From: Eledone cirrhosa
Taxonomy: Eukaryota
DNA: 64,000 nucleotides
Reading direction: 5' to 3'
NCBI GenBank assembly: GCA_964016885.1
Contig: OZ024742.1
Span: 295,306,001 to 295,370,000 of the forward strand
The notes under the pieces are model-generated. The model was not told the origin of the DNA. It saw only the letters and a program-made list of their open reading frames with translations, and did no database searches. Below are positions 1-13,095 of the stretch, piece after piece. Every line of letters begins with the position of its first letter. The stretch's first letter is position 1. The translations under genes and the position numbers were made by a program.

Positions 1-443
1 ATATATGTATATATATATATATATATATGCATACATATTATACATATACATATATATATATTATACATATACATACATATATATATATATATTATACATA
101 TATATACATACATATTATACATATACATACATATATATATATAATATACATATACATACGTACATATATATATTATACATATATATATATACATAAATAT
201 TATACATATACATATATATATATAATATACATATATATATATATTATACATATACAATATATATATATAATATACATATATATACATATTATACATATAC
301 ATATATAATATACATATATATACATATTATACATATACATATATATATATATTATACATATATATATATATATACATATTATATATATACATACATATAT
401 ATATACATATATATATATATATATTATACTTATACATATATAT
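1..443. repeat. (TA)n/(TACA)n microsatellite tract
   Basis: Direct inspection. Confidence 0.95.
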
Positions 444-444
444 C

Positions 445-855
445 ATGATAAATTAACGGAGCCATAGACTCTCGTTATTCCCTGTCAATAATGTGCTCAA
501 AGGAAAAGGAATCCTGAGCTCTTTAAAATACAATATGTTGAAAAGGTACCACACTAGAGAGAGGTAGTGTGCCATCAATAAAACAGGGAAAACCACCAGT
601 GTATGGAATCTATAATCTATGGAAGGCAGGGTAGACACACAATAATTAAAAATATAAATTAAAATGTATCTACGCACCTCTTATTTTATATAGTTATAGA
701 GGTGCGTAGATACATTTTAATTTATATATTTAATTATTGTGTGTCTACCCTGCCTTCCATAGATTATAGATTCCATACACTGGTGGTTTTCCCTGTTTTA
801 TTGATGGCACACTACCTCTCTCTAGTGTGTTACCTTTTCAACATATTGTATTTTA
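445..855 (-). mobile_element. Fold-back element: ~158-bp inverted arms (524-681 / 698-855) plus one-sided tail 445-523; probable PLE terminal remnant
   Basis: Arms are near-perfect reverse complements (mirror ORFs 453-677 and 702-980). Same arm-plus-tail layout as other elements here; no hammerhead core recognised. Confidence 0.65.
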
Positions 856-856
856 T

Positions 857-1708
857 ATCATCATCATCATCATCATCACCGTTTTACGTCCGTTCTTCCA
901 TGCTAGCATGGGTTAGACGGGTTGTCCTGTTGTGGACAGTGTCTGGTCGGCTGACCATGCCTTACTCATACAGGAACTGATTTTGGCTTGGTTTCTACAG
1001 CTGGATGCACTTCCTAACACCAACCTCATTTACAGTGTGGGCTGGGTGCTTTTTTGCCGTGGCACCTCCATGACCACTTTGCAGTGGCAGGGTGTGGGGT
1101 CATATTGTCTATATGCTTCAGCTTGTACCCATGGGAGGTCGGGTACTCTGTATTACTGCGCGACGCCAGAGGTCACGGTCGTGTGTCATCGCCTTTGAGA
1201 AGTGTAATTGGGTAAGGTCGGCTTTTATCACCTCATCCTAGGTCTTCTTGGGTCTCCCCACTCCGCGGTTTCCATTGACTTCTAGTGCTCTGCACCTTTT
1301 TATGCAGCTGTCATCCTTCATACGCATCACATGTCCATACCAACACAACCGCCTCTCCTGCACACAGCATTTGATTCCTCTTATGCTTAGTCTCTCTCTC
1401 AATTCATTTATGCTTTGCTGTTCGCGTATATTACTAATACACATCCATCGGAGCATGCAGGCTTCGTTTCTTTCTAATCTACGTAAGTCTTCCACCTTCA
1501 GCGCCCAGGTCTCACTACCATGTAACATTGTTGTTTGGATACACGCATCATACACTTTGCCTTTCATTTTGAGGGAGAAGCCTTTTGCAGCTAGCAGTGG
1601 CAGTAGTTCCCTGAACTTCTTCCATCCCGTTCTTACCCTAGTTATTGTACTTTCTGAACACCCACCTCCGCTGCTAATTTGGTCACCTAGGTAGCAGAAG
1701 CTGTCTCA
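857..1708 (-). mobile_element. RTE-clade LINE, 3' fragment (diverged subfamily)
   Basis: Peptide KGKVYDAC...MLHGSETW...WYGHVMR...GRPKKT, RTE 3' UTR and (GAT)n tail. Confidence 0.9.
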
Positions 1709-1759
1709 TATACATATACATATATTATACATATACATATACATACATATATTATACAT

Positions 1760-1817
<58 letters not shown>

Positions 1818-1878
1818 ATACATATACATACATATATATTTACAAACACATGCATACATACATAGATTATTATTATTA

Positions 1879-2075
1879 GGGCGGTGAATTGGCAGTATCG
1901 GTAGAGGGTCGGACGCCATGCTTTGATGCATAGAGTTACGGCCCTTGCTATTCTGAGTTCAAATCCCGCCGAGGTTCACTTTGCCTTTCATCCTTACGGG
2001 GTCGATAAAATAAAGTACCAGTAATGCACTGGGATAATTGCTGGCCTTTTGCCAAAAGTAGAAACAATTATTATT
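1879..2075 (+). mobile_element. tRNA-derived SINE family 1 (Meta/MESC-like core GCCTTTCATCCTTACGGGGTCGATAAAATAAAGTACCAG)
   Basis: A/B-box-like head (GAGTTCAAATCCC) and (ATT)n tail. Further minus-strand copies near 10075-10425, 13290-13482, 19792-19987, 20762-20977, 39757-39920 and 49136-49409. Domain name is from recall. Confidence 0.8.
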
Positions 2076-3084
2076 TGTCATATTTATTTGTTGCCTAATG
2101 GAATACACAATGTAAAGATGGTGAGAAACAGGGTGAGATGGTAAAAACATTTCAAAATATTAACCTTGTATCATTAAATATTTTTTTCTTCCCTTTTACA
2201 AAACTTAATTGAAGAATAAACTGCAGAAATATTTAAAATATTTTCATTTCAGTTCAATATGAAAAATTGGTTGAGGTGCTGGTAGTCCTCCCTATCACTT
2301 CCACTCCTCCTGGTTCTATCTACCCAATGCTGTCATCCTCCCCATTACCTATTGACACTTACTCAGTACATATTTACCCTTCCTACCCCCCCTCCCATTC
2401 TATTTCCCTCTACCATATCACACCCCCTTCCCTATAGAGTTGAGAGGATCCTTGAGTCATGATACAATAATCTCTCTAGAGCTGGTGCCATGAAAAATGC
2501 ACCTAATACATTCTGTAATATGGTTGGTGATAGGAAGGGTATCCTTCTGTAGAAACCATGCCACAAAGGAATAAGAGGAATCTTCAGTTGTATCAAGGAC
2601 ACAAAACCTCTGTAGTGCTGGAGTGGACATGATAAAGTGCACCCAGTATACCCTGTATAGTGCTTAGTGATGGTAAGAGTAGCCAGCTGCAGAAAACTTG
2701 CCAAGGAAATAGTTGTGTCAAAGACATGACAACCTCGCTAGTGCGGGTGCCACAATAAAATGCACCCTTTCAACCCTTGCTAGCAAGGAAAATGAATGTA
2801 TGATGATGATTATGGTTATGAAAGAAAAACAAAACCAAAAATGTTGAAGTACTAGTTGTATTTACATTTGAAAGATAAGCACACAAATGAACACACACAA
2901 ACTCGCAACTTACACACATTTTTCTCTTAGAGCAACATTCTACTCATCCATCGAATCATTCTCATTTTCATTTATTCCAGCTTTCTCTGCTACTCTACAT
3001 TCATCTCCCATGTCTCACCCTCATAAATTCTGGCACTTCTCACACATGCAGCTTGCATTTTTTACACATATACATATATCAGCT

Positions 3085-4470
3085 CACTCTGTACAATGGT
3101 AGTGCTAGTACCCAATAAAATGCACCCAGCCACTCTGTAATGTGGTATTGCTGGTATCATGATAAAATGTATCCATTACACTCTGTAAAATGGTACTGCT
3201 GGTGCCATGATAAAATACATCCATTACACTCTGTAAAGTGGTATTGCTGGTATCATGATAAAATACATCCATTACACTCTGTAAAGTGGTATTGCTGGTG
3301 CCATGATAAAATACATCCATTAAACTCTGTAATGTGGTATTGCTGGTGCCATGATAAAATACATCCATTACACTCTGTAAAGTGGTACTGCTGGTGCCAT
3401 GATAAAATACATCCATTAAACTCTGTAAAGTGGTACTGTTGGTATCATGATAAAATACATCCATTACACTCTGTAAAGTGGTACTGCTGGTGCCATGATA
3501 AAATACATCCATTACACTCTGTAAAGTGGTATTGCTGGTGCCATGATAAAATACATCCATTAAACTCTGTAAAGTGGTACTGCTGGTGCCATGATAAAAT
3601 ACATCCATTACACTCTGTAAAGTGGTACTGCTGGTGCCATGATAAAATACATCCATTAAACTCTGTAAAGTGGTACTGCTGCGCCCATGATAAAATGTAT
3701 CCATTAAACTCTGTAAAGTGGTACTGCTGGTGCCATGATAAAATGTATCCATTAAACTCTGTAAAGTGGTACTGCTGCTATCATGATAAAATGTATCCAT
3801 TAAACTCTGTAAAGTGGTACTGCTGCGGCCATGATAAAATGTATCCATTAAACTCTGTAAAGTGGTACTGCTGGTGCCATGATAAAATGTATCCATTAAA
3901 CTCTGTAAAGTGGTACTGCTGGTGCCATGATAAAATGTATCCATTAAACTCTGTAAAGTGGTACTGCTGCTATCATGATAAAATGTATCCATTAAACTCT
4001 GTAAAGTGGTACTGCTGCGGCCATGATAAAATGTATCCATTAAACTCTGTAAAGTGGTACTGCTGGTGCCATGATAAAATGTATCCATTAAACTCTGTAA
4101 AGTGGTACTGCTGGTGCCATGATAAAATGTATCCATTAAACTCTGTAAAGTGGTACTGCTGGTGCCATGATAAAATGTATCCATTAAACTCTGTAAAGTG
4201 GTACTGCTGCTATCATGATAAAATGTATCCATTAAACTCTGTAAAGTGGTACTGCTGGTGCCATGATAAAATGTATCCATTAAACTCTGTAAAGTGGTAC
4301 TGCTGGTGCCATGATAAAATGTATCCATTAAACTCTGTAAAGTGGTACTGCTGGTGCCATGATAAAATGTATCCATTAAACTCTGTAAAGTGGTACTGCT
4401 GGTGCCATGATAAAATGTATCCATTAAACTCTGTAAAGTGGTACTGCTGGTGCTATGTAAAAATGCATCC
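3085..4470. repeat. 48-bp minisatellite, about 28 copies
   Basis: Unit CTCTGTAAAGTGGTACTGCTGGTGCCATGATAAAATGTATCCATTAAA repeated head to tail without spacers. Confidence 0.97.
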
Positions 4471-4674
4471 TCTTTAATGTGGTTGTGTTAAGAAGGTCAT
4501 CCAGTTGTAGAAATGATGCCAATCTGGCACATATGAGCTAGAGGTGGTTATCTGGCCTGTCTAGTCTCAGAATGTGACAACCCATTGAACCCATTCCAGT
4601 GGAATATGAACATAAAACAGTGATGATGATGACACACATACATGCATTAAAGAGTAATGGAGATAAAGACTAAC

Positions 4675-4884
4675 CGTTGTTGCATTGACAGTAAACCAGT
4701 CAAGAGGAAACATCATGTGGTAAGTCAAATTGGCCAAACTTGGGTCAGAAGACAAGATACCAGAGTTACGATTACGTGACATCTTGAGTCGAAATACTCT
4801 GCCACCTGGCCTAATATCCTCAGGAATTTTTAGTCGGTAGACTGGGTGTCTAAACTCAACAGGTTCATCTTCTGAGGCAAAAAT
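4675..4884 (-). CDS. Cadherin gene, internal exon G (IFASEDEPVEFRHPVY...FTVNATT)
   Basis: ccacag acceptor, ACG|gttagt donor; 210 nt. IPED and FTVNATT cadherin features; next exon not found in window. Confidence 0.87.
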
Positions 4885-4984
4885 CTGTGGTATTAGAAAC
4901 ATACAATATAGTAAAGAAAAAAGAAAATTGAAATAATTATTTTTGCATAATTTACAAAAGTATGAGGAAAACATACATATAAAG

Positions 4985-5262
4985 CCTGTCTTAAGGCAGA
5001 AGGCTCGTTAGGCCGTAGCTTATCCTGGTTTCATGGCATGAAGCAGCTAAGAGTACAAGACTCTCCCCTGGACAGGATGCCAGTCCATTGCAACGTTAAA
5101 CCCCCAACTATTGCTGGTACTCATTTTCAGCTGAGTATACTGGAGCAACATGAAATGAGGTATTTTGTTCAAGAACACAACACACAACCCAGCCCAAGAA
5201 TTGAACCCACAACATTATGATCATAAGTCTAACACCCTTACAACTAAGCCACGCGCCTTCAC
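4985..5262 (-). mobile_element. tRNA-derived SINE family 2 variant (CORE/V-like centre)
   Basis: GGCGCGTGGCTTAGT...GGTTCAATTC head on the minus strand; homologous plus-strand copy at 20982-21260. Confidence 0.75.
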
Positions 5263-6823
5263 AAAACATACATATATCTAAGATAAATACAATACAGGTA
5301 TAAACTATAATTTATAAGCCTCACTCTAAAAATATAAATAAATCTGAAAAACTCATCTGTTGATTCATACACAGAAAAAAATAAGAGATTGCCTTTACAT
5401 GTTTCACAGTTCATTTGGTGATCATCAGATGACAGGCATCATTATTTTGTTTACAAAGAGAATTTATGGTCAAATGCTATTAATATCAAACAGAAACTAG
5501 AAATTAACTTAATTTACATAATATGCATTACTGGTGATGTAATTAATTATATAAGAAATATTTGTACACAACATACCATGTATTAGAAAATATAAGATAA
5601 ATTTAATGTAGGATGTAAAGCAAAATTAACTGAGATATGAGTTGAAGTTAGAATGTTAAGAACTGTAACTAAATACCATAAGGTGTTTTGACATTCTATA
5701 TTACTTGACAGATTGGCATGTCGAGGGAACCTGCCTGTGCTCTGGTGGCAGTGGGTGCAGGCAAAACTTTCTCAACTGGAGCCAGCAGGCCTTGACTGCA
5801 GAGACAGCAAGCTCCCTAACAGAATTATCCTCTTTCCAGTCGAAGGAGGTAGATCCCTCATCTAGGACGCCACAACTTAGTTGCTTTGGCCACAAACCCC
5901 GGTACTGTGGCGTGCAATGTAGAGGAAAGGAAGACAAACAAATATCGGGGATTGTCCGGCTACTTACTCTTTACACCAGTTGCCATCAAGACCTCAAGTA
6001 TCCCCAGACCCCATACTGCCGAGCCCCTCCACAAGATCAGAACGTCAGCAGCCCATCTGAGGAAAAGCCCTGCAAGATGGGGGTGGTTGTTGCAGTGGGT
6101 GTCACTGGCTATTGTCCGAGGAAAAGCTTTTGCAGTTTTGTCTGCAGGGCACAGCCCCAACACCACCGTGCCCTAGGCCCAGAGCCTCTATCCCCCTTTT
6201 CATCCGTGGCCCTAGAGTCCTTGCTTCCCCCCTTTTCCCCTCTCATTTATGGCTTTTATAGTCCTTTCCTCTACTTTCCCATACAGCCAGATCTGCCCTT
6301 CTTTACCCATTCCCTATTGGTAAGGTTATTTATACAATTGTAAATAAAATCTAAGTTTTTTGACAGATTACTCTTAACATCCTGTACTATATGAAGCTAT
6401 GTTTGTAAGACACAAAACATCATTGGTTGCATGACATTAATAATTCAAGTCTTTACACTAGTATTGTAAATTTTCACAATGAGTTGTCTCATCATAGAGA
6501 TACTGTAAACATTTGAATTAACAAATCCATTTTTGATATTTTATGTTAAACAATTACAGAATGTTAAGAGTTAGTTTTACAATGTTGTACAACAATGTTT
6601 TAAACCTTAACATCCTATAATGATTTAGCAGAAAATATGTGTGCTTGTTTCATTTGCAAGTAGAATTTTCAATTTGGACTTCTTTCTAATTCACAACTTT
6701 TTGATAATTTTGTACTGCTTTTTGTGAAGTTGACCTGGCAACCTTGTTTTAAAAAAACAAAAACAAAACAAAACTGGAATCATTAAAAATGAAACACAAA
6801 GGAAGAATATTTAAATATCTTGC

Positions 6824-7975
6824 CTGAACGGATGTATTGGTTGTGTGGATTGAATCTGTGGCGACAACACTAAATTCTTTATACAGCATACCTGGTGTGA
6901 ATATAGTTTTATCAATGTTCTCTGTCTGTACAATTAGTCCTGATTTATCAATTGTGAACTCAGAGGAAGCCGGCATAAGGAAATATATGATTTCAGAATC
7001 TGTATCTTTGGCTTGAACAACTGTAATGGCTTTACCTATTGGTGAGTTTTTAGTGATTTGGCTGACATACAACGGTTGAGAGAATTCTGGTGCCTCATCA
7101 TTTACGTCAGTAACTTTTATTTCAATGGGAGCTATTGAGCTAATGCTAGGAGTACCATGATCATGAGAGAGGATGTTGAATGTAAAATGTTTCCTTGTTG
7201 TTTCATAGTCGAGAGATTTGTTTAGATAGATACTGCCATTGTTTTTGTCTATGTAGAAAAATTTGGAACGCGGCTCTAAAAAGAACGAAACTTGACCTCC
7301 AGCTCCTAAATCTCTGTCACGTGCATCCACCTGGAAAATAATGTCTCCAACTGGGGTGTTTTCTGGTACTGTAACTGTGTAGGCCTGTTGGGAAAACTCT
7401 GGTGCATTATCATTTACATCTTCAACATATACGTTCACAACTGTGTGTGCCTGTTTTCGAGGAAATCCTTTATCTTGTGCCCGTACAGTGATATGATAAA
7501 TGTCTTTTTTCTCTCGATCTAATTTAGGTTGACTGATATATATACTACCATTTTTCTCTCCAATTTCAAACATTTCCATTGATCCACTCACAATGGAATA
7601 TTCAATTTCACCATTAACCTCAGAATCTTCATCATCAGCATGGACATATCCAATAACTTTACCTAAAGGGGAGTTTTCAGTGGCTGTCATATTATATGAG
7701 GTATACTGAAATTGTGGGCTATGGTCATTAACATCTAAAACTTTAATGAATAAATAGATGACAGATGAGCGAGGTGGATCACCACCATCTCGGGCAGTGA
7801 TGCTAACATTGTAATTACTTCGCCATTCACGATCAAGAGACCAGTTGGCTTTTACGTAAACAACGTAGCTAGAGTTTTCTACTTTGCGAAGACGAAACTG
7901 AGTTGCTCCATTGAGACTTAGAGTTACAGTGCCATTTTCTCCAGCATCGATGTCCTGTACTTCCAGTTGATGTGC
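6824..7975 (-). CDS. Cadherin gene, large internal exon F (about 3.5 cadherin repeats)
   Basis: Repeated DxD, LDRE/LDYE and DVND(H/N/E)xP motifs; tatcag acceptor; inferred non-canonical donor CAG|gcaaga; 1152 nt. Confidence 0.93.
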
Positions 7976-8161
7976 CTGATAAATACAAAATGAATACAAA
8001 AATATATATTATTACAACTAAAACAGAATTTAAAAAAGTAAATATAATCTAAATGTAACTCAAAATTAAATAATAAGTCAGATTTAATAATGGTTTCTAA
8101 TTTAGGTACAAGGGCAGCAATTTGGGAGAAGGGGAACACTTGATTTCATCAACCTCAGTAC

Positions 8162-8390
8162 TTAACCATTTAGCATTTAAACTGGCTGTATCTGGCCAGA
8201 ATTCTCTCACCTTTTTCTGTTCAAACTGGCTGTAACCAGCCACTCATACTAACGTTAAGATATTGTTCTCAAGATAAATAATATCAAAATCTCATAGAAT
8301 CGATATTCTCTTAGATAATTACGTGAGGTAAAGCTTTTACCCGGAAAATATAATAGTAAATATAGAGTAATGTAAATACTAATGAGTTAA
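8162..8390. mobile_element. TTAA-flanked ~225-bp MITE (piggyBac-like ends)
   Basis: TTAA followed by CCCTT-like TIR...AAGGG-like TIR then TTAA; copies at 19157-19385 and, inverted, 24397-24614. Confidence 0.65.
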
Positions 8391-9261
8391 AGGATGAAAT
8401 ACAAAGTTAATCTCAGTAGAATTTGAACCCTGAATATAAAAAGCTTGAACAAATACGGTAACGGTTTGTTCAATGCTCAAATGGTTCTGCTAAACTACAG
8501 CCCTCAACCAGATTTAATGATACATGCTTTTATGTTTGTTATATAAATCTATTTATCAAAGAATTTATCTTCACCACATTTATTTCATTAATACAATCAA
8601 TGAACTAAATCGATAATAAAAATTAAAAAAAATGAGCAAAAAAGAAAAAAAGTCATGTGCACTTCCTTGATTACACACTACAATAGGATTATAACCTCTA
8701 TATTCCTCGAGGTTATTAATTTTGGTAGCTATTTTTTTAAAGCTAGGAATAAACTATAACAGCCCTAGACATAATTTCAGTTGAAAATACTCAGAGTGTG
8801 ACTAAATGAATGTATTATATATAAACACCTTGACAGACTGTAATGAAAGTGAAATACATCTAATGTGCTTGACCTGATGCTGAGGTAACTGTGACAAGAT
8901 CACAGCTTAATATACCCACAGTGAGGCTAAATGTATGTTTATTATATGCAAACATATTGTATATAGGTTCATATTTGCCTTTATTATATGGTAGTCATGT
9001 AGTATTGCAAAACTTTAATGACTGCAATTGACACTGGATTTTGTTTTTGATGTTTAGTTAGGAAGGAACTATCTATGACTCTTTTAAGGCCTCTGAGACT
9101 GGTAGAAAAGAAGGAGGAAGTTATCTTCAAACTGGAAGCTTAACCTGAATGTTTGCAACATGGTAGACTCTACTAAAGTTATCTAAGGACAAGATGGTGG
9201 TGGTGTTAAACCAGGTGATGGATTAAATCTACCAGCTAAGATTAAATTCATTCATATATAT

Positions 9262-9596
9262 GGAGGCACATGGCTTAGTGGTTAGAGTATTGGCTTTGCA
9301 ATCGAAAGGTTGTGAGTTCAATTCTCAAACCGGATGATGTGTTGTTTCCTTGAGCAAGACACTTTATTTCACATTGCTCCAGTTTACTCAGCTGTAGAAA
9401 GGAGATGATAGGGACTGGGGTCACTGTCATTCCACTGCAAAGTGGTCGTGAAGGTGCCACAGCAAAAAAGCACCCAGCACTCACTGTAAATTAGGTTGGT
9501 GTTAGGAAGGGCATCCAGCTGTAGAAATCAAGCCAGAATCAATGTCTGTCCCACCCTTGCAAGCAGGGAAAAGTGGACGTAAAATGATGATGATGA
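9262..9596 (+). mobile_element. tRNA-derived SINE family 2 with RTE-derived 3' tail
   Basis: GGAGGCACATGGCTTAGTGGTTAGAG head, CCTTGAGCAAGACAC core, tail TTAGGAAGGGCATCC...(GAT)n shared with the RTE 3' UTR. Copies at 23660-24009(+), 26793-27186(-), 32205-32385(-, partial) and 41541-41840(-). Confidence 0.85.
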
Positions 9597-9617
9597 TATA
9601 TATATAAAATATCTTAC

Positions 9618-9755
9618 AGGTGTATCCAGAATGACTTCTGTGCCAGATAGGGAATTTTCCGGAACTGTTCCATTCAGCGTTTTCCCACTGACAAAGTTAA
9701 AATCTGGATTGTTGTCATTCTCATCAAGTATATTCACAATAACCATCATTCTGTC
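9618..9755 (-). CDS. Cadherin gene, internal exon E (DRMMVIVNILDENDNNPDF...VPENS...DTP)
   Basis: DENDNNP calcium-binding motif; ctttcag acceptor, CCT|gtaaga donor; 138 nt. Confidence 0.92.
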
Positions 9756-9857
9756 CTGAAAGTGAAGAGAGAAACAAATATAATCTTAGTGTGAATAATT
9801 AATAAAATATGAAAGAATAACATGCACTGATTGGCAGTAAGAAACTTTCAAGAAATA

Positions 9858-10073
9858 TGAGGGGGTGCTGAAAAGTTCTTGGCTTTGGGTAAAAGAAAAT
9901 ATAGGAGGATCAGTTAAAAGAAAATATAGGAGGATAAGTTAATTATAATGTTTTTCAACATATTCCCCTCTCAGATTCACACACTTATTGCAGATGTCCT
10001 ACCTCCTTGTAAAAGTAATAGCTCTACCCTTTCACAATACCCTTAAAGCCAGGAACTTTTCAGCAACCCCTCA
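9858..10073. mobile_element. Tc1/mariner-derived MITE
   Basis: TIRs TGAGGGGGTGCTGAAAAGTTCTTGGCTTT and AAAGCCAGGAACTTTTCAGCAACCCCTCA, each flanked by TA. Confidence 0.8.
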
Positions 10074-12349
10074 TAATAATAATTGTTTCTACGTTTGGCA
10101 CAAGGCCAGCAATTACCCAGTGCATTAGTGGTACTTTATTTTATCGACCCCGTAAGGATGAAAGGCAAAGTTAATAAAGTTAAGCTCGGCGGGATTTAAA
10201 CTCAGAATGGTAAGGGCCGTAACTCTATACGTCAAAGCATGGCATCCGACCCTCTACCGATACTGCCAATCCAATAATGGTTTCTAATTTAGACACAAAG
10301 TCAGCAATTTGTGGAAAGGGGAAAATTGATTATATTGACCCTAGTACTTGACTGGTACTTTATTTTATTGACCCCGAAGGATGAAAGGTAAAGTTGATTC
10401 CAGTGGGATTTGAACTTAAAACATAGGGTAAGAAGACATTGTTGCCAATGATGACAACAACAATAACAACAAAAGCAACAACATCATAGAGTAATAAATA
10501 GTATAGCTGTGTGGTTAAGATATTTGTCTCCCAACTACATGGTTTTTCCTTATTTGATTTGATTGTCTGGCACTTTAGACAAATGTCTTTTACCTTAGAT
10601 GCAGTGTGATCAATACTTTGTTTAACCTATGCAAGCATGGAAAGATATGTGTTAAACAATCATGATAGTGGTGGTGAAGGTGATTATGATGGTGATGACA
10701 ATGATGAGAATGATGGTGATGTTGGTAATTGTGATGATGGTGATGATGGTAATTACGATGATGATAATGATGATGATGGTAGTGTTGGTGATAAGGATGG
10801 TTTAATTCTTCCTTAGTAAATTAAATTAGTCGACAATTTTAAACATCTTACTGTAATTATCAACTCTTTTCAATTTTTAATGAAGAAATCATTAAATTTG
10901 TCATTAACAACCATCATCATAATCCTCACCAACATTTCAAATGGACATTATAAGAAGGAAGATTATTATAACGAATCTTACCAATTCCCTTAGTAAAAAG
11001 TTATAACAATTAAAAGAGGAGTTTCTAGCTTTCCACAATAAAACCATCATGTGAGGTTTTAGATTCTTTCTCTAATTCCTTCTACCAAAGAAGAATTAGA
11101 AGAATTAAAGTTAATTTTATTTTATATTTAATTTAACTTTATATTTTTATATGAGTTTTTATAGTTGTCTCTGCTTTGTCAGTTTCAATTTGATTCTAAG
11201 AATTGCAAGGCCATGCAACATAATTTGAATGCAACTGCAAATATCAAACCAATAAATTGTATAGATTTATTGATTGGGAATTGATTATGATTAACTTGAG
11301 TGCAAGCTTCTGACTGAAATAGGACAAAAGCAGATACAATAGAGACAAACTATGGCTTCTAAACAATAAACTAAACTTCAATATTTAACTCTTATAATCC
11401 CCCAAAGTGCATGTAATGGTATGAACTGTGATGAGTCCTGGGGAGTTTTCATGATTGCTATTTTTGATTTGTTGTGTAGGTGGTCTTTGTGAAAAATTTG
11501 ATGATGAATACAGCTGTTTTATGTTCTTTGTAAGTTTATTGAAATTTGTGTGGAGAGATTAAGGACCCTGGCAAGATTGCCACAATTCACAATGAGCTCT
11601 AGATGGAATCATCATCATCACCATCATCACCATCCCTTTACATTCATTTTCCATGTTGGACTGTTGACACTGTCTGAGATTAGATGTGTTGGGAGGCCAC
11701 AGTTTGCTCATACGTTCCATTTCGGGATGTCCTTCAATATTCCAATCACTTTAGAGGGAGTACTGGGAACATTTTTATTGCAGAATATGTAATTAAAATT
11801 TATTATCACATATTCACATTGTAGTTCGATTGTATAACATATTCCTTCTCTTTCATTAAAAGTACAGATACTGTTATAGACAGCCTTCACCATAGGTTTG
11901 TTTAGTTACCTTGGCTTATAGAGTGTTATATGAAAAGACCTAGCAAAGTTTACACATTATATCACTGTCAACATTTTTGGTACATATATAGCTTTAGTTC
12001 CATAAATGCTGTTTTTTGGGAGGCCATTATGACTAAGTTGAAACATTGTATCTCTTCACTGATAGCAATCAATAACATTCTTGAGAAAGTCACAATTCAA
12101 ATTTTCTGTAGATCCACTCAAACTACTGAGTGGCTTTATTGGTGGAACCAAACAAAACTACTATATTATTAGAAATTGTTGAACTATTGGTAAAATATAA
12201 CAGGAATTGATATAAAAGAGTAAAAATAATTGGAAGAAGATAAGTAGGATATTGATTTTGTGAGCTTTTGTGTACAGCAGATGTACAGGGGTAGTTAGCA
12301 GTAAGAAAACCAGTGAAATAAACTCTCTCCAATTCAAGCATAACTCCAT

Positions 12350-12907
12350 AGAAGTAGTTGATAGCTTCTGTTACCTAGGTGATATAATTAGCAGTGGAGG
12401 AGAGTGATGCAAAAGCATAGTAGCCAGGAGAGGAATAGGATGGAAAAATTTCAGGAATTCTCTATTGCTGCTAGCAACAAAGGGTTTCTCTTTCCCAGTG
12501 AAGAGTAGATTATATAATGCAGCATACAAGGTTGATGTTTCATGGAAGTGAGACTTGAAAATTCAATGCAGAAGGTTTGAAAAGTTTAGAAAGAAATTAG
12601 GTGAATATACTATGATAGATGTGTAACATTAATGTGTATGAACAAAGAAGCACAGAAGAGTTGAGAGGAATCAGATATAGTGTGAAAGAGAGAACTGGAT
12701 GGTATGGGCATATATTGCAAATGTATGATGATTGTTGGGTAAAGAAGTACTAAGAGCTCCAAGTAGATGGTAGCTGCCGACTGAGGAAGACAAGAGAAGA
12801 GTTGGTGAAAGTAGATTTCAGAATGCTGAGCCTCACAATGGAATGTTAAACTGCTGGGAAGGACTCACCTGACCCATGAGAGCATGGAAAAATGGACATT
12901 AAAATGA

Positions 12908-12940
<33 letters not shown>

Positions 12941-12960
12941 CAATGATGATGATGATGATA
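12350..12960 (+). pseudogene. Old degenerate RTE LINE 3' fragment
   Basis: Decayed DSFCYLGD...SSGG...GWKNFR...HGSET remnants with stops, ending in a (GAT)n tail. Confidence 0.7.
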
Positions 12961-12987
12961 AATAACAACAAATAAATGAGTGCAAAC

Positions 12988-13095
12988 CTCAATATTGCGG
13001 CAAGAATCTTCAGCATCACTGATGGCTTCAACTCTGATAATAAAACGGCGATCCCCAACTTCCCGATCAAAACTTCTGTTTGTAGTGATGACACC
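12988..13095 (-). CDS. Cadherin gene, internal exon D (GVITTNRSFDREVGDRRFIIRVEAISDAEDSCRNIE)
   Basis: Not in the ORF track; translated by hand. FDRE motif; aaatag acceptor, GAG|gtttgc donor; 108 nt, phase 0/0. Confidence 0.88.

Noticed and set aside
453-980. Duplicated small protein genes on opposite strands (also 22468-23392, 46302/60391)
   Set aside because: Mirror ORFs are by-products of inverted or dispersed repeats.
3085-4470. CRISPR array or a 440-aa repeat protein
   Set aside because: Units are contiguous with no unique spacers, there are no cas genes, and the context is eukaryotic. The ORFs arise because a 48-bp unit lacks stops in one frame per strand.
9262-9335. tRNA genes at SINE heads
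   Set aside because: A/B boxes are present, but there is no full cloverleaf and each continues into a SINE body and tail.
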